DNA of 64,000 nt from NCBI GenBank assembly GCA_012295275.1, contig CM022667.1, positions 8,618,001 through 8,682,000 on the forward strand. The letters are read 5' to 3'. The stretch comes from Chrysomallon squamiferum. Lineage: Eukaryota > Animalia > Mollusca. Of this stretch, positions 52,406 through 64,000 are shown piece by piece. Numbering within the stretch: the stretch's first letter is position 1; each line of letters opens with the position of its first letter. A program made the position numbers and the translations under genes. Below the pieces are notes generated by a model, which ran no database searches, was not told where the DNA came from, and saw only the letters and a program-made list of their open reading frames with translations.

Positions 52406-55400
52406 AGAAAGAGAGAGTGAGTACGTGGTGACAAAATCATACAAAGCTATGTATGACAAGGCAACAGGTTAATATATTTAACAATCATAAAGTCTTCTCA
52501 GTTTATCTGTTTACGAAACAAAAATGCTTATAAATAAATTAAAAGCAATATATTCTTGTGCTCTTATTATTTAATTTAGTTCATATTGTGAAAAAGGAGG
52601 AAAATAAATAAATATTCTAATATATCGCAGCTTTATTCCACTGGCCCGTTTCAAAAACAAAACGATTAGAAATGAAGTAGGCCAATATATTCTTAACCCT
52701 CGATTAATGTTTATTTCATAATGTGAAAAACGGAGAAGAGAAAAACATGAGTCATATTCCATCCGCACAAAGGGAAAAAGAAAAGTGACGGGTAAAAGAT
52801 ATATATAAATAATACACCACAGGCAGTGCTAGGTACTCAATCTGATTACAAAAATATTTTTTTGTTATGATTTTCTTTTTTTTCACCTCGATATTGCTTC
52901 CAAGTTGCTGATGCATGTCACGAATTCCTGTGTCCTACGATTGCTATCAATCAGAAATGATGTAAATGGGAATCTACGGTTATGCCTCAGTGATTTCCAA
53001 TTTTTTTTACACTGGTACCTTCACCCACTGTTAAGCTTAGCAATTTTAATGGACTATAAACTGCAGGAATTTTTTTTTTCTTTGCTGACAGAGAGAAAAA
53101 TATGTCTTACAATTTAGACACACACTCACACATTAAGAAAGTTTTGAATTTTGATTACTTTGTTGAAAGTATCGAGCTTTTGAATACAGAAGTCAGAGAA
53201 AATATGTCAGCCTTAGGCATAATAATATTCTCCATTTCAGTTGCTAAAACTTGTCTCCTGGCAAATACTCGCTTCAAAGCCTTCCGTTAGAGAACAATAA
53301 CAAGAAAAAAAAACAAAGAAGAATAAGATTAAAACTCAGAATATCCATAATATAAAATAGAGTGGAAAAAATCCAGTAAAATACATAACCATTTGTTTAT
53401 AAATAGCACATATATTTAAAAAAAAAAATAATATATATAAAATGAAAATCATTCTTAAAAAACTTGTTCTTTAGTAATGAAACTAAAAGACTATGAAATT
53501 TAGATGAAGCCATAACAACTAAATGTTAACATAATTTGAAAGACCAAGTTAGATTGAAAAATCTATCTCAATGTTATTTCTGTTTACTTATGCTGCATAA
53601 AAGACCACATATGAAAAGAAAAAAAAAAAAAAATTGGAATAAAAATAATGAAACGTCCACCAAAAAGTGATGATCAGCCAGCCATTGAGGTTTTTGGCAA
53701 CAGATTGCATCCTACGCCAACCAAATGGACATGTTACATTAAGTTATTTTTGTTTTGCAAAAAAAAAAAATGTCTGCATGTCCAGTGATAAACATGATGT
53801 GCTTTTTAACAGCTGTTAGAAACAAGTTGGTAGCCCATAGGACATTGACACATCGCTGATTTATGGTCAACAGTGAGAACATTCTGCCCCAGGCACATTC
53901 AACTTGTATGCAAATGAATCTAATTTGATTCCTGCATAAGCTTGTGAAAAAGACAAACGATATGGGCCAACACATCCAGGTATTCAGTGCTGCTGCATAT
54001 TACTTATGTAGCTAATGCACATATTTGTTTGTGTGTAAATGCAGGTAGCACATTCATCTGACAAATGCAGTGTCTGAATCATTTCAAGCAACTCAGATTT
54101 CTAACCTCGAAACAAAGACTTCAGTGAAAAAAGGAAAGAAAAAAAAACCTATAAAAAGCAGGGGAATAAAAGATTAAATAAAGAAGAGAGTATTTATTTT
54201 ACCTCTCAAAATAGTTTTTCCTGTGCTAACAAATTTTACTCAGTGCCACATGAATTTACTGTAACCAGACAACATTAATATATTTAACAATCATAAGCAG
54301 TTTCAGCATTTTTGTTTACAGAACCAAAATACTTATGAATAAAATAAGCCAGTATATTCTTGTGTTTCAGTTATTTCTTAATTCATACTGTCAGTTCATT
54401 TTTTAAGTATTCTTAAAACTAAATTATCATAGTTTTCTAAATACTAAAGGTATGTTAAAAAGGTCCCAACAGTCTCCAAAGTGTTTCTGTAGAGTTAACA
54501 AAGTAAGTGGTATTTCAGATAATGTCAGGAAGACAAATTTTGAAACTGGCTACACACACGCACACACACACACATCTTCAGTTGATCTGAAAGACATTTC
54601 ATTACTAGAGAACAACATGTTTTTAAGAATGACTAGAATTATACTTTATCACAAAACCACAATCAAAGTGTAATTTGTTTTAACTTGACTAAATCTTAGA
54701 GATAAATATTCAGTTATAAACTTTTGTGAAATAAAATGTTTTTCCTGATCTTGCAAGTCCTCCACCCAAGGACAATAATATACATTTTCCTGTTTTATGA
54801 AAATGCAGTGTAAAAGATTCCTTGATTCTGACAGGCAACAATAATCTAAACAGTGGCCCTAGGCATTTGGGGTTTTTTTGTTTTTTGTTTTGTGTTTTGT
54901 TTGTTTCTTTGTTTTGTTATTGTTTTTTCTTTTTTTTTCTTCCTTTAATAGTATCATCATGATCATAAGAAATTGCATGTATGATACCATAAAACTATCA
55001 ACAGGAAGGTGTCACAAAATACTGATTTATTTATTCACCTATTAGCAATATGAAATGTTTACTGTCTGATTTTATATAAACCTAGCCTGTTTTATTTCAG
55101 ATCACGTTTCGTATAGCAAAGAGACATTTCAAGAACAAAGCACAAACAAAATACTTTTTTTAATATTACATATATATATTTTTATTTTTAAATAACAAAA
55201 ACATGAATAGAAAATAAACATTAAAAAGACCCCAAACCAATCCACATGAATAACATCTTTTACAAATGACTGTTTTGTGTGTGGTTATCAAATGTAAAAC
55301 ATACTGTTTTGGTATAATTATCTCTACAAAAAAGGAAGAAGGGTAAAAAAAAAAAAAAGCTCAGTAATTTATTAGCAGTAACAGATATTTTATATAGACC

Positions 55401-58400
55401 TTCTCATAGAGTGACACATTATATATCATGGTCTATTAAAGGGAAATATTCCAATGAATTTTTTAGGGATATTTTAGAGAAAGCTCATCTTAGACAGGAA
55501 AATATATTGTCTGTTAAAGGAAAAAGAGTCCAGATGACATCATCCATCAGACCGGAATTAAATATTTTTACCAGTCAGCTGTACATTTCTTTTCTCACAT
55601 TACTTCTACATCAAAACTTAAATCATTCTGCCTCCATTTTCTTCTCCCGTCGCAGCAAGAACTGACTTATGATGTATAAAACAACGCAATAAAAATATAT
55701 TTAAACTGTGAGAATGCTGCCTCTTGTTGACTCATCTGTTGGGATTATAAATTTATTCTAAAACACACGCGGCATGTCTTTTCTGAAAAAGACTTTTCGG
55801 GTGGGGCGGTGCGGCAGATAAAGTTTAGTGTGCTGTAAGCGTAGACCGTTTCGCAGACGGATATAGGATGACTGTGCACTATATCAAACGACAGACAATC
55901 CCAATGAACAAGATAAAATTAAACAGCACAGAAGAAGCTGTAATGTTAGGAATCAGCCAAGCGAAATGTTCTCATTCTTGTTTATTTCTGTTTTAAAATG
56001 CAAGGTTTGCTGTCATGTTTAAACCTGCACTTTCCAAAGACGTTTTTGAAAGATGTTTTTAATTCTGTGATTTTATTTTTGACAGTTACACTTTTCCATC
56101 CAACAAAATAATTTTTTTAAATTTTTTATTGACATTCATATAAAAAAAAAAAAAAAAAAAAAAAAACAATCTCATTAATATTAAATTATAAATAAAACAG
56201 AATTTTATAAAAAGAATAAATATTACATGTACAAATGCATATTTAAAATATGCTAATATATTTTTTTAAAAAATTTTTTTTAAACTTTTCTTTAACAGAA
56301 TATGAAAATGCTACATTAAAAAAATTAATCTGAATTACATTCCTGCACATTCACAAAACAGCAAGAAGAAACTGATATTATACATATAAAAGCTCCAACA
56401 AGAAAAGCCATTTATGGCAATACGAAGGCAAAAAAACGGCAGAGGGGAAATAATAAAAAAGTTATTATATATGACGTACATCGCAGTCACACTCGCATGC
56501 TTCACAAACTGGTAAACATCATTTTGAATATATGCCTGCAGGATACAGCCAAATATCTACTTAATTCTCGAAACCAAATGCAGGTAATTCAAATCAAATC
56601 TGCGTTCACTGAAGCATAGCCGACCTGAGACCAATCTGACTTCTAAAGTCTTGCATCTATCAGCATACCAGCATGAAATCAGCAGCAGTCAACCATTGAG
56701 AGAGACACACCAGAATGCACGTCTCAGGCAAAACATATTCTTCAGTAATTAGTTTCTCTCTTTTATAAAAGTTAGGTATTTGAAACTGCCACAAAATGCA
56801 ACATGTTCCAAGTAAATGAGCTAATGAATATTAAATAAAAAAATATTAAAGTCATTTTCTCCCATCTGTTATTATCACATGTCAAACATATATATATTTT
56901 CTGATAAAAAAAATATTATACATGAAAAAAAAGATCAAGCCTGTCACTCCATGAGTTATTATTTAGCAGTAAAGGAATTTTCCATAATCACTTTCACACA
57001 TACATGACACTACTTACCATTGTCTTTGATAAAAAGGTGGACATTGTTGGGAAAGGAAAACAGACTAAAGTGTCTAATGGGGAGAACTGATCATACAGTT
57101 AGTAGATTATTTTATCACTATTTTTTTTCTTTATTTTTATCATTATGCCCTTAGAAATGATGTGGCAAGTATTATGTATTTCCTCTTGGAAATCAATATT
57201 TTATAAGAAATGTTACTTAACAACTGTTAGTATTACAAATATTTAAATATTATAATACATTCGTAAGATAATAATAATAATAATTATTATTATTATTATT
57301 ATTACAGTAACAGCAGTTTTAATAATATACATAACTCTTTCTCTTTTTTCTTTTATAAATTAATGAATAACAGTTGCATATAGGTATTTAAATAAATTAA
57401 TTATATATATATATATATATATTTGTATTGGGTTTTTTTTAAATACATTATTGTAATTTGCACTACCAAATTTTCCATGCATATGTTTAATACTAGCACA
57501 TTAAAAAAAATGGAAAAATTATTACAAAGCTGCAATATTTGATTACACGATTAATCCAGATAATGCAATCAATATTCAGAAAATTTAGCCTATAATGTGG
57601 TTAAAGGTATGTATTCCAAAAAGTCATATTTCAAATACACATTTCTAGATGTTGTTTGCAGGAAAGCCAAACAAGTACTTGAAATCTGTTGCTGCAGACT
57701 GTCACCAATAACCATTTGAAATGTTGTCTCCAAAGCCAATTAAGAGAATATTCATAATTCAGGCAGCCATACAAAATGTATGGATGCTTCTAAACGTTGT
57801 TTTCTCCTTTTACAGACTGCAAGGTTGATTACAGGCATCAGTTTCAGGTGATATCTTAAAACTACAGACATTCAATCTTCATTTAAACATGCTTAAAGTG
57901 GGTGCCTTCTGGCAATGTTTCAAATGAAAGGATTTTTTTTTTTTTTTTTTTTTTTTTGATCGTTGGGGTTGTGTTTTTGTTTTGTTTTTATCTGTACAAG
58001 TTTTATTTAATATAGAATTTCAAAAACATGGCAATGCAAGCAGATTTAAGGTTTTTTTTTTTTTGTTGTGTATTTATCTCTATAAGGTTTATTTAATATA
58101 GATTTTCAAAAATATGTCAATGGAAGTGGATGTTTGAGTGTCTGGGTCTTGAGGATTATCATTATTTTAGTTTGTTTTGTTTTTATTTTATTTTAGTTGG
58201 GTTCTAAAAAAGATTATTAGTTTTAATTCTTTAACATTTAAAAAAGAAACTAATTTAAGTTTCTGCAGTGTCTATAATAATGCATAAATAACACCTGGAT
58301 TCAGTGTTGTGTTGAGATTTCCGTATGTGGTTCTAAGATCAATGGAACCAATAAACCACATAAAGATTTAAGCCTAATACACTTGGATCATTTAACTTCC

Positions 58401-60429
58401 AGAAGATAATTACTTATTCTGAACAATGGTAGAAGAAATATCAGCTCATATTCACTCAACCCAGTACCTAGTATTAATCTGATGTCTGAGACCTGGAATT
58501 CAGTTAACTCAGCCAGCAGATGTGAAATAGCATTTTAAATTAATTTTGTTAGTACAACCCATGAATATGGAGTAATTTAAGTATGTGTTGCTCGTTACTA
58601 AAATTAAAAAACAGAAATTAGAATTACTGATAACCAAAATATAATCTTTCTCACATATCTTTTTTTTCTAAAACTACTTAAAAAAAGGTTTCAAAAGTAG
58701 GAAAACTAGTAAAAACATTTTAACATATAAAATAAGTAAAATAAACTACTTGCATTACAAAATTCAAAGGAGTGAAAAATGTTTACTGCAAATTATGTTC
58801 CTTTTCATGGATTCAGTTTCAAATCCTTTTGCCAAGTAATTCCTGTGTTCTATGATGATATCAAATTCACAGAAAGCATTTAAGACATCAAAATTTTAAG
58901 CACTTAATTACAGGCAAAAGCTTCATAACTTTTTCAAGAGATTTATTTTCATGAAATTTGATGAAAGTGATACTGCAACAAAGGAGATGAAGACTTGTAA
59001 AAATGATTTTTAAAAAGTAATTAAATCTGACGCTGATGTGAAAACAATATCAAATAACTACCTGAAATAAATAATACATAGCACAAGACTCCACCAGTAA
59101 TAAATGAATATCTTATTAATAAGATGTCTGAAAAATAATTAGTTACCCCACATACAAGGAAATCATTTGATTTCATAAAGAAAACAGAGAAATGCCAGCA
59201 GAAAGACATTTTCTTCAAAAGTGTTTTTCCAGCAAAGTTTTAAACCAGTGTATGCAAAAAATATTTAAATTATACATATACTACACTATTATCAGCCTTT
59301 AAGATTACAAAAATAATAAACAATACATACCATTGTGTTATTAGATGTTTTACACCACAGTCATCTACAGTCAACAGCAGATAGGTAGGTAATGACAATT
59401 CTTAACAAACGAACCAATGTTGATACTTTTCTTCAAGACAATTACAAACTAATATTTTATTGAACTGAATGAACTGTACCATGTAAACAAGTCTGGCCAA
59501 AATCTTGGCAATCAACAATGGAAATCTTCATTACTAGGAAACCCAAGGAGCAAGAGTTCTCGAAACAGGAAACGGTTCGAAGACTGAAACATCAAGTTTT
59601 GTAGGACTGAAGCAAGTGTTTCCTGTTGTTTGGTGACAAGTCTTGTCTGACTTATCTGTGGCATAACATGGCAGACACCAGCATCCTGTCACTGCTAATT
59701 TAAGGAACTGAAACTTTGGTTTCTATATAATGTGGTTAACCCTTTCAATGTTAACATTTTTCACAACAACGTACCTTTAATTTCTTTTCCTTTTTTTAAA
59801 AAGTTTTTACATTTATTTACAACTGAATTTTGAAATGGAGTTAATATTTTCACATTTACAAATAATTTTCATGCAGCTGAAGTTAAAAACTGAATAAGAA
59901 ATATCAGAGTTTCTTCAGTTTATCTTTGAAATTTTTTTATTACCAAACAAATAAAAAAGTATGCATGATGATTAAGTTACAGCTTTAGAAATCATGGTTT
60001 ACTTCACTTCCTAATTTAGCAACAAATATGTAAATAATACTCACATAAAACTGATTTATTTATATAGAAATACCCTCCTTTTTTATTCAAATATGTATTT
60101 AAACATGTTTACATAAAATGGTGCAGAAAAACAGAGTTAAGGAATTATTTAAAGAAGATTAATTTTTTTTTTTTTTTTTTTTTACAATTTAGTATTACTA
60201 TTCTCTATAAAATATTTGAAAGAAAACCCAAATTAACAGAAATACGAGATGTGTAATCTCATATAAAACAATAAAAAAAACTTTCCCTTTATTTACAGTA
60301 ATTATCTATTTAACAGGCACCCAAAAAAAAAAAAAAAAAAAAAATCCTGTTACTCATTTAAGTATTTCCTAATGATAAAATGTCTACATAAAATGATACA
60401 GCCCTTCCTCCAGCCTACAGTTATTTTCA

Positions 60430-60895
60430 ACATAATTATCAACATTTTATGGTTCAGAAAAATCAAGCAAAGAGTTATTTAATACAGATAATTACCAATA
60501 TGTTAAAAAAAAAAAGCTAGGGACTTATTTGTTAGTTAATTTCCCACCATTTTATGATTCAGAAAAAAGAGTCAATTCATTACAGGTAACTGGCAAAATA
60601 TAATGGTTCATAAAAACAAAATCAAAAGTTATTTAAAACAGGTAACTGTCAAAAACTACGGTTCAGAAAAAAATGGAATTAAAAGTATTTGAAACAGATA
60701 ACTGTCAACAGATATCAGTTCTGAAAAATGGAATTAAAACTTATTTAACATAGATTATTGTCAACATTTTATTGTTCAGAAAAAAAAAAAAACAGTATTT
60801 AATAAAGAAATTATCAGTGATTTACAATTCAGGAAAAAACACAGTTTAAAATTATCTGATAATTGTGAATATTTCAGAAATATATCATTTAATAC
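60430..60895. repeat. Degenerate ~55-bp tandem repeat, about 8 copies
   Basis: GGTTCAGAAAAA-like cores near 60451, 60557, 60605, 60661, 60718, 60774 and 60827, each followed by AGTTATTTAA-ACAGRTAACTGTCAA-like sequence. Confidence 0.75.
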
Positions 60896-62299
60896 GTTAT
60901 AATTTCCTCATGAGGAATATGGCCATTTCTTATCTGACAGTAGGATTTCCTCCAGCAGCATCCTGGTACATAAAGTGAGTCAAAAGTGTTCTCAAACAAA
61001 TCTTTAATACCACTGTTCTTATATAATAACCCTTTCATGCTTTGTGTGCGCAAACAGACCAATGAATCATGCTACTTCAAACAGAGATCAAAAACTTTAT
61101 CACGGTTTTGAAACATCTAATAATATAACTTGTAAGTAATGTTTACACCTATTACTCTCAACTGTTTCAGCTGTACTTTGAAAAATCAATATACATTTAC
61201 TTTCACAGTATGTGGGTTTTTTCATAAAATCAATTTCGAATATGTTGTCTATTCTGTTAGAAGGAAATATTTATTATTTGGCAGTTATCTAAAGCAATAA
61301 AAATAGAATAAATAACTTCAAATAACGATCTTCACGAAAAAAAAAATTTAAATAAATAAATAATAACTATAATAATAAACTGATATTGGTAACTCAGTCT
61401 GAATAAGTTTCCTTAACCAAACTAAAAGTAAAAATATAATGTAACTCAGTCATTCTAGATATTTTTGTCATATTGATAAAGAAATAAATTTTAGAAAAGA
61501 CTTTAAAAAAAAAAAAAAAAAAAAAATTGTTTTAATTATAATATTTAACTGTAAGCTTAATAATAACAATAACAATAACAATAACAACATTTATTTTTAA
61601 AAAAATAATTTTAAAAAATTGATAAAATTTAAATATATTTATTTTCATATATTCAGGTTTCTTATCTGCTGAACAGTAATTTAATTATTACTTTTGAAAT
61701 AAGATACAACCATAAAAGTTCTATTAAAACAAAAAAAAAAAAAGAAATCTATACAGATTCTCTACTCACTTATTAAAATAACTATTTTTAAAAAGTAACT
61801 TAAAATACGAGTCTAATTAAAAAAAATAATAATAATAATAATTGCACGTAAATGTGTTTTTTTAAATTAAGTAAATAAACCATTGTATTGACATATTAAT
61901 GTAAAAAAAAAAATTCATTTAAATTCATAATATATTTTTTATTTTGTTTTTTAAATGCTTCAAAATGCAAGGAAATAATGAACAGCAACAGGTAAAATTG
62001 TCTGGCATTAAATGGCTGTTGTCATGGCTACACTTCAAATGTGTTTACTTTAGACAATAAAATAACTGCAACACATTTCATTTTACAGACCTGCAGAGTA
62101 GGCCATAAATTCAGTGCCTAGGGACTGAATTAAGTACTATCAATTTAAAATGCAAACTACTGTCAGTTCTGATAACCAACTGTTGCATGTGCTGGTATGG
62201 TGGCTAAATGCCAATGCAACTCAAAACTCAACATTCCTGTGTGGAGTCAGGCTAACAACATACCTGGGAACGTCACCAAAAAATGGAACGACCATTTTA

Positions 62300-63350
62300 T
62301 GCAAAGCTGCGGTCTAAATGTTTACCCTTCGGCGCCCACCTGACTTTTATCAATCACTCGAATACCCGGACCGACCCCAAGAGATAGTGCAGCTACGATG
62401 CTAAAAATAAACCACAGCTTCGGGCTGTGTTCAGGTGGAAACAGAAATGTGAGTAGCAGCCGATACGAAATCGGTTTTTGCCAAAGTGCACGCTAATCGA
62501 TACAAGCAACAGGCGATGAAAAGAACTTTCTTCGGAAAGTTTCCTCAGGCCTTATCGATTGAGTTTGGCGAAAGTTTGCGTTTGCTGAAACACGGTAGTT
62601 TCAAACAGCTGCTGCAATGGAGGTCGGCCAGTGAATAAATAAAAGAAACCGAATCCCTTAACGGAGAAAAACGAAACGGAACAACTGAATCGTGTCAAAA
62701 TAATTCTCCCACCCCATTCCCACACTTTGGTAATTACATCAAATAACTTATCGACACCTCATCAATTTACATCAAATCGTTATACATTCGTGTTTATAAT
62801 TTCACTGAAATGACAGGTATTTAATAAGACTCACCTGTCACAAGAACTGACGAGGAAGTTTCCGAGCTAACCAAAATTTCAAAGTTGCGTGTCGCGCGGC
62901 CGCCATGTTTTGTCACGAATGGAATTCTGTTGGCAGCGAGCACGTGACACTTCTGCAACTTTGGCGACTTGTCATCGAAAACACACCTGTGCGATAAATA
63001 TACAATAAACGAATAATTTACCTTCAATCAAGTCGTTTCTACACGCCGTTCATCTCGCCAATATATCGCATCACTCGTGTTCAAGTAACAGCACCCCGAC
63101 TTCCTGATAATGCGACAACAGGACAGCCTGAAAGCGAATGCAGTCGGCTGTGACGCTAGGGGGCGCACCACCTTACAATGGTGACATTTTTTGGTACCTG
63201 TCCAGTCTCTTGGAAGTTGTAAAGAAGTAGCGCACTGGAAATCGTTACAGGGGGTATTTAGTGGTACTTTATACGATTATCCTGTTTTTGTTTATATTCG
63301 AGGTCAAGGAAAGTGGAAATCAGTGTTTTGGTTGATTGGCAGCCCACGTA
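62300..63350 (-). promoter_or_regulatory. CpG-rich promoter region, probably the distal promoter of the zinc-finger gene
   Basis: Strongest CpG enrichment in the non-coding part of the window. YY1-type AACATGGCGGC (62899-62909, minus), E-box CACGTG (62941-62946), CTCF-like ACGCTAGGGGGCGC (63153-63166), DRE-like ATCGAT sites, and minus-strand donors at 62835 and 63022. Confidence 0.65.
62835..62940 (-). other. Candidate first exon ending in CAG|GTGAGT (5' end approximate)
   Basis: Consensus donor at 62835 downstream of the YY1 motif; contains a closed 22-codon ORF. Confidence 0.55.
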
Positions 63351-63693
63351 ATAATTCTGTGGAATTTTAAACTCGGACGAAATTCATTAGGCCTACTAAT
63401 TTCTAATCAGATGCACTGTTTTTGTCATTAAACTTTAATTAAAAAAAAAAAAAAAAAAAAAAATTAAAATTAAAAAATTAATAATAATGGTATTTCATTT
63501 GAAATTATTTGTTTTGCGAATGGAAAAACAAACGAAATTAATAATATTAATTAATTATTAAAAAGGATAAAATAATGATTAAATAATTTTTAAAAATTAT
63601 TTACATTGTTACTTTTAGAGAGGAAATGGATTAAGAAGGTAAAATATTTGAAATGTGAAAAATTGTTATAAAATAATAAAATAATAATCTTCA

Positions 63694-63724
<31 letters not shown>

Positions 63725-64000
63725 TTTGACATAAATGTAATTATTATTTTTCAGTCTTTCAGTTTATCTCTTTCTGTCCGTCATGCACACGGAAAGTAAT
63801 AAACACATACACACACGCACAAACGCACACGCATACTCGTATTATTCTCATAATTTCACCGTCATAATGTTTCTACAGTAGAAATTAGGCTAACTGAAAG
63901 AGATGGCTATGGAATTTGCTTTGAAATTACTTTTGTGTAGCAAACATCTTTTTCTATCTTATTTTTTCTAAACTTAGAATGTATAATATATTCATTAACA

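Noticed and set aside
22860-64000. Autonomous transposon, tRNA, rRNA or snRNA genes in the long non-coding region
   Set aside because: No long ORF, transposase or RT motif, terminal inverted repeats or RNA-gene signature was recognised by eye. ACTTACCTG at 34765 matches the U1 5' end only and is read as a reverse-strand donor.

Overview
AT-rich, intron-containing animal genomic DNA (invertebrate; a mollusc or other lophotrochozoan is an inference from composition and repeat style). Two genes lie tail-to-tail. (1) On the + strand are the last nine coding exons (300-6250) of a CYLD deubiquitinase: end of CAP-Gly domain 3, USP domain with intact Cys/His/Asp triad, and inserted B-box. All splice phases join into one open frame. 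(2) On the - strand is a 2512-aa protein with about 36 C2H2 fingers, mostly in dispersed pairs, encoded by a single 7.5-kb coding exon (14919-22457). It has a probable long 3' UTR and about 40 kb of upstream intron/regulatory sequence with candidate non-coding exons and a CpG-rich promoter near 62.3-63.3 kb. The most unusual signal is that two CYLD 5' splice junctions have been tandemly amplified. A 13 x 76-bp array builds twelve potential in-frame 27-nt microexons separated by GT..AG spacers. A 7 x 36-bp array builds seven in-frame alternative donors that would add CxxC units to the B-box. A second signal is that two candidate upstream exons of the zinc-finger gene end in ATG|GTAAGT, which on direct splicing would create a uORF overlapping the main start. 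No rRNA, tRNA, CRISPR array or transposon ORF was recognised.
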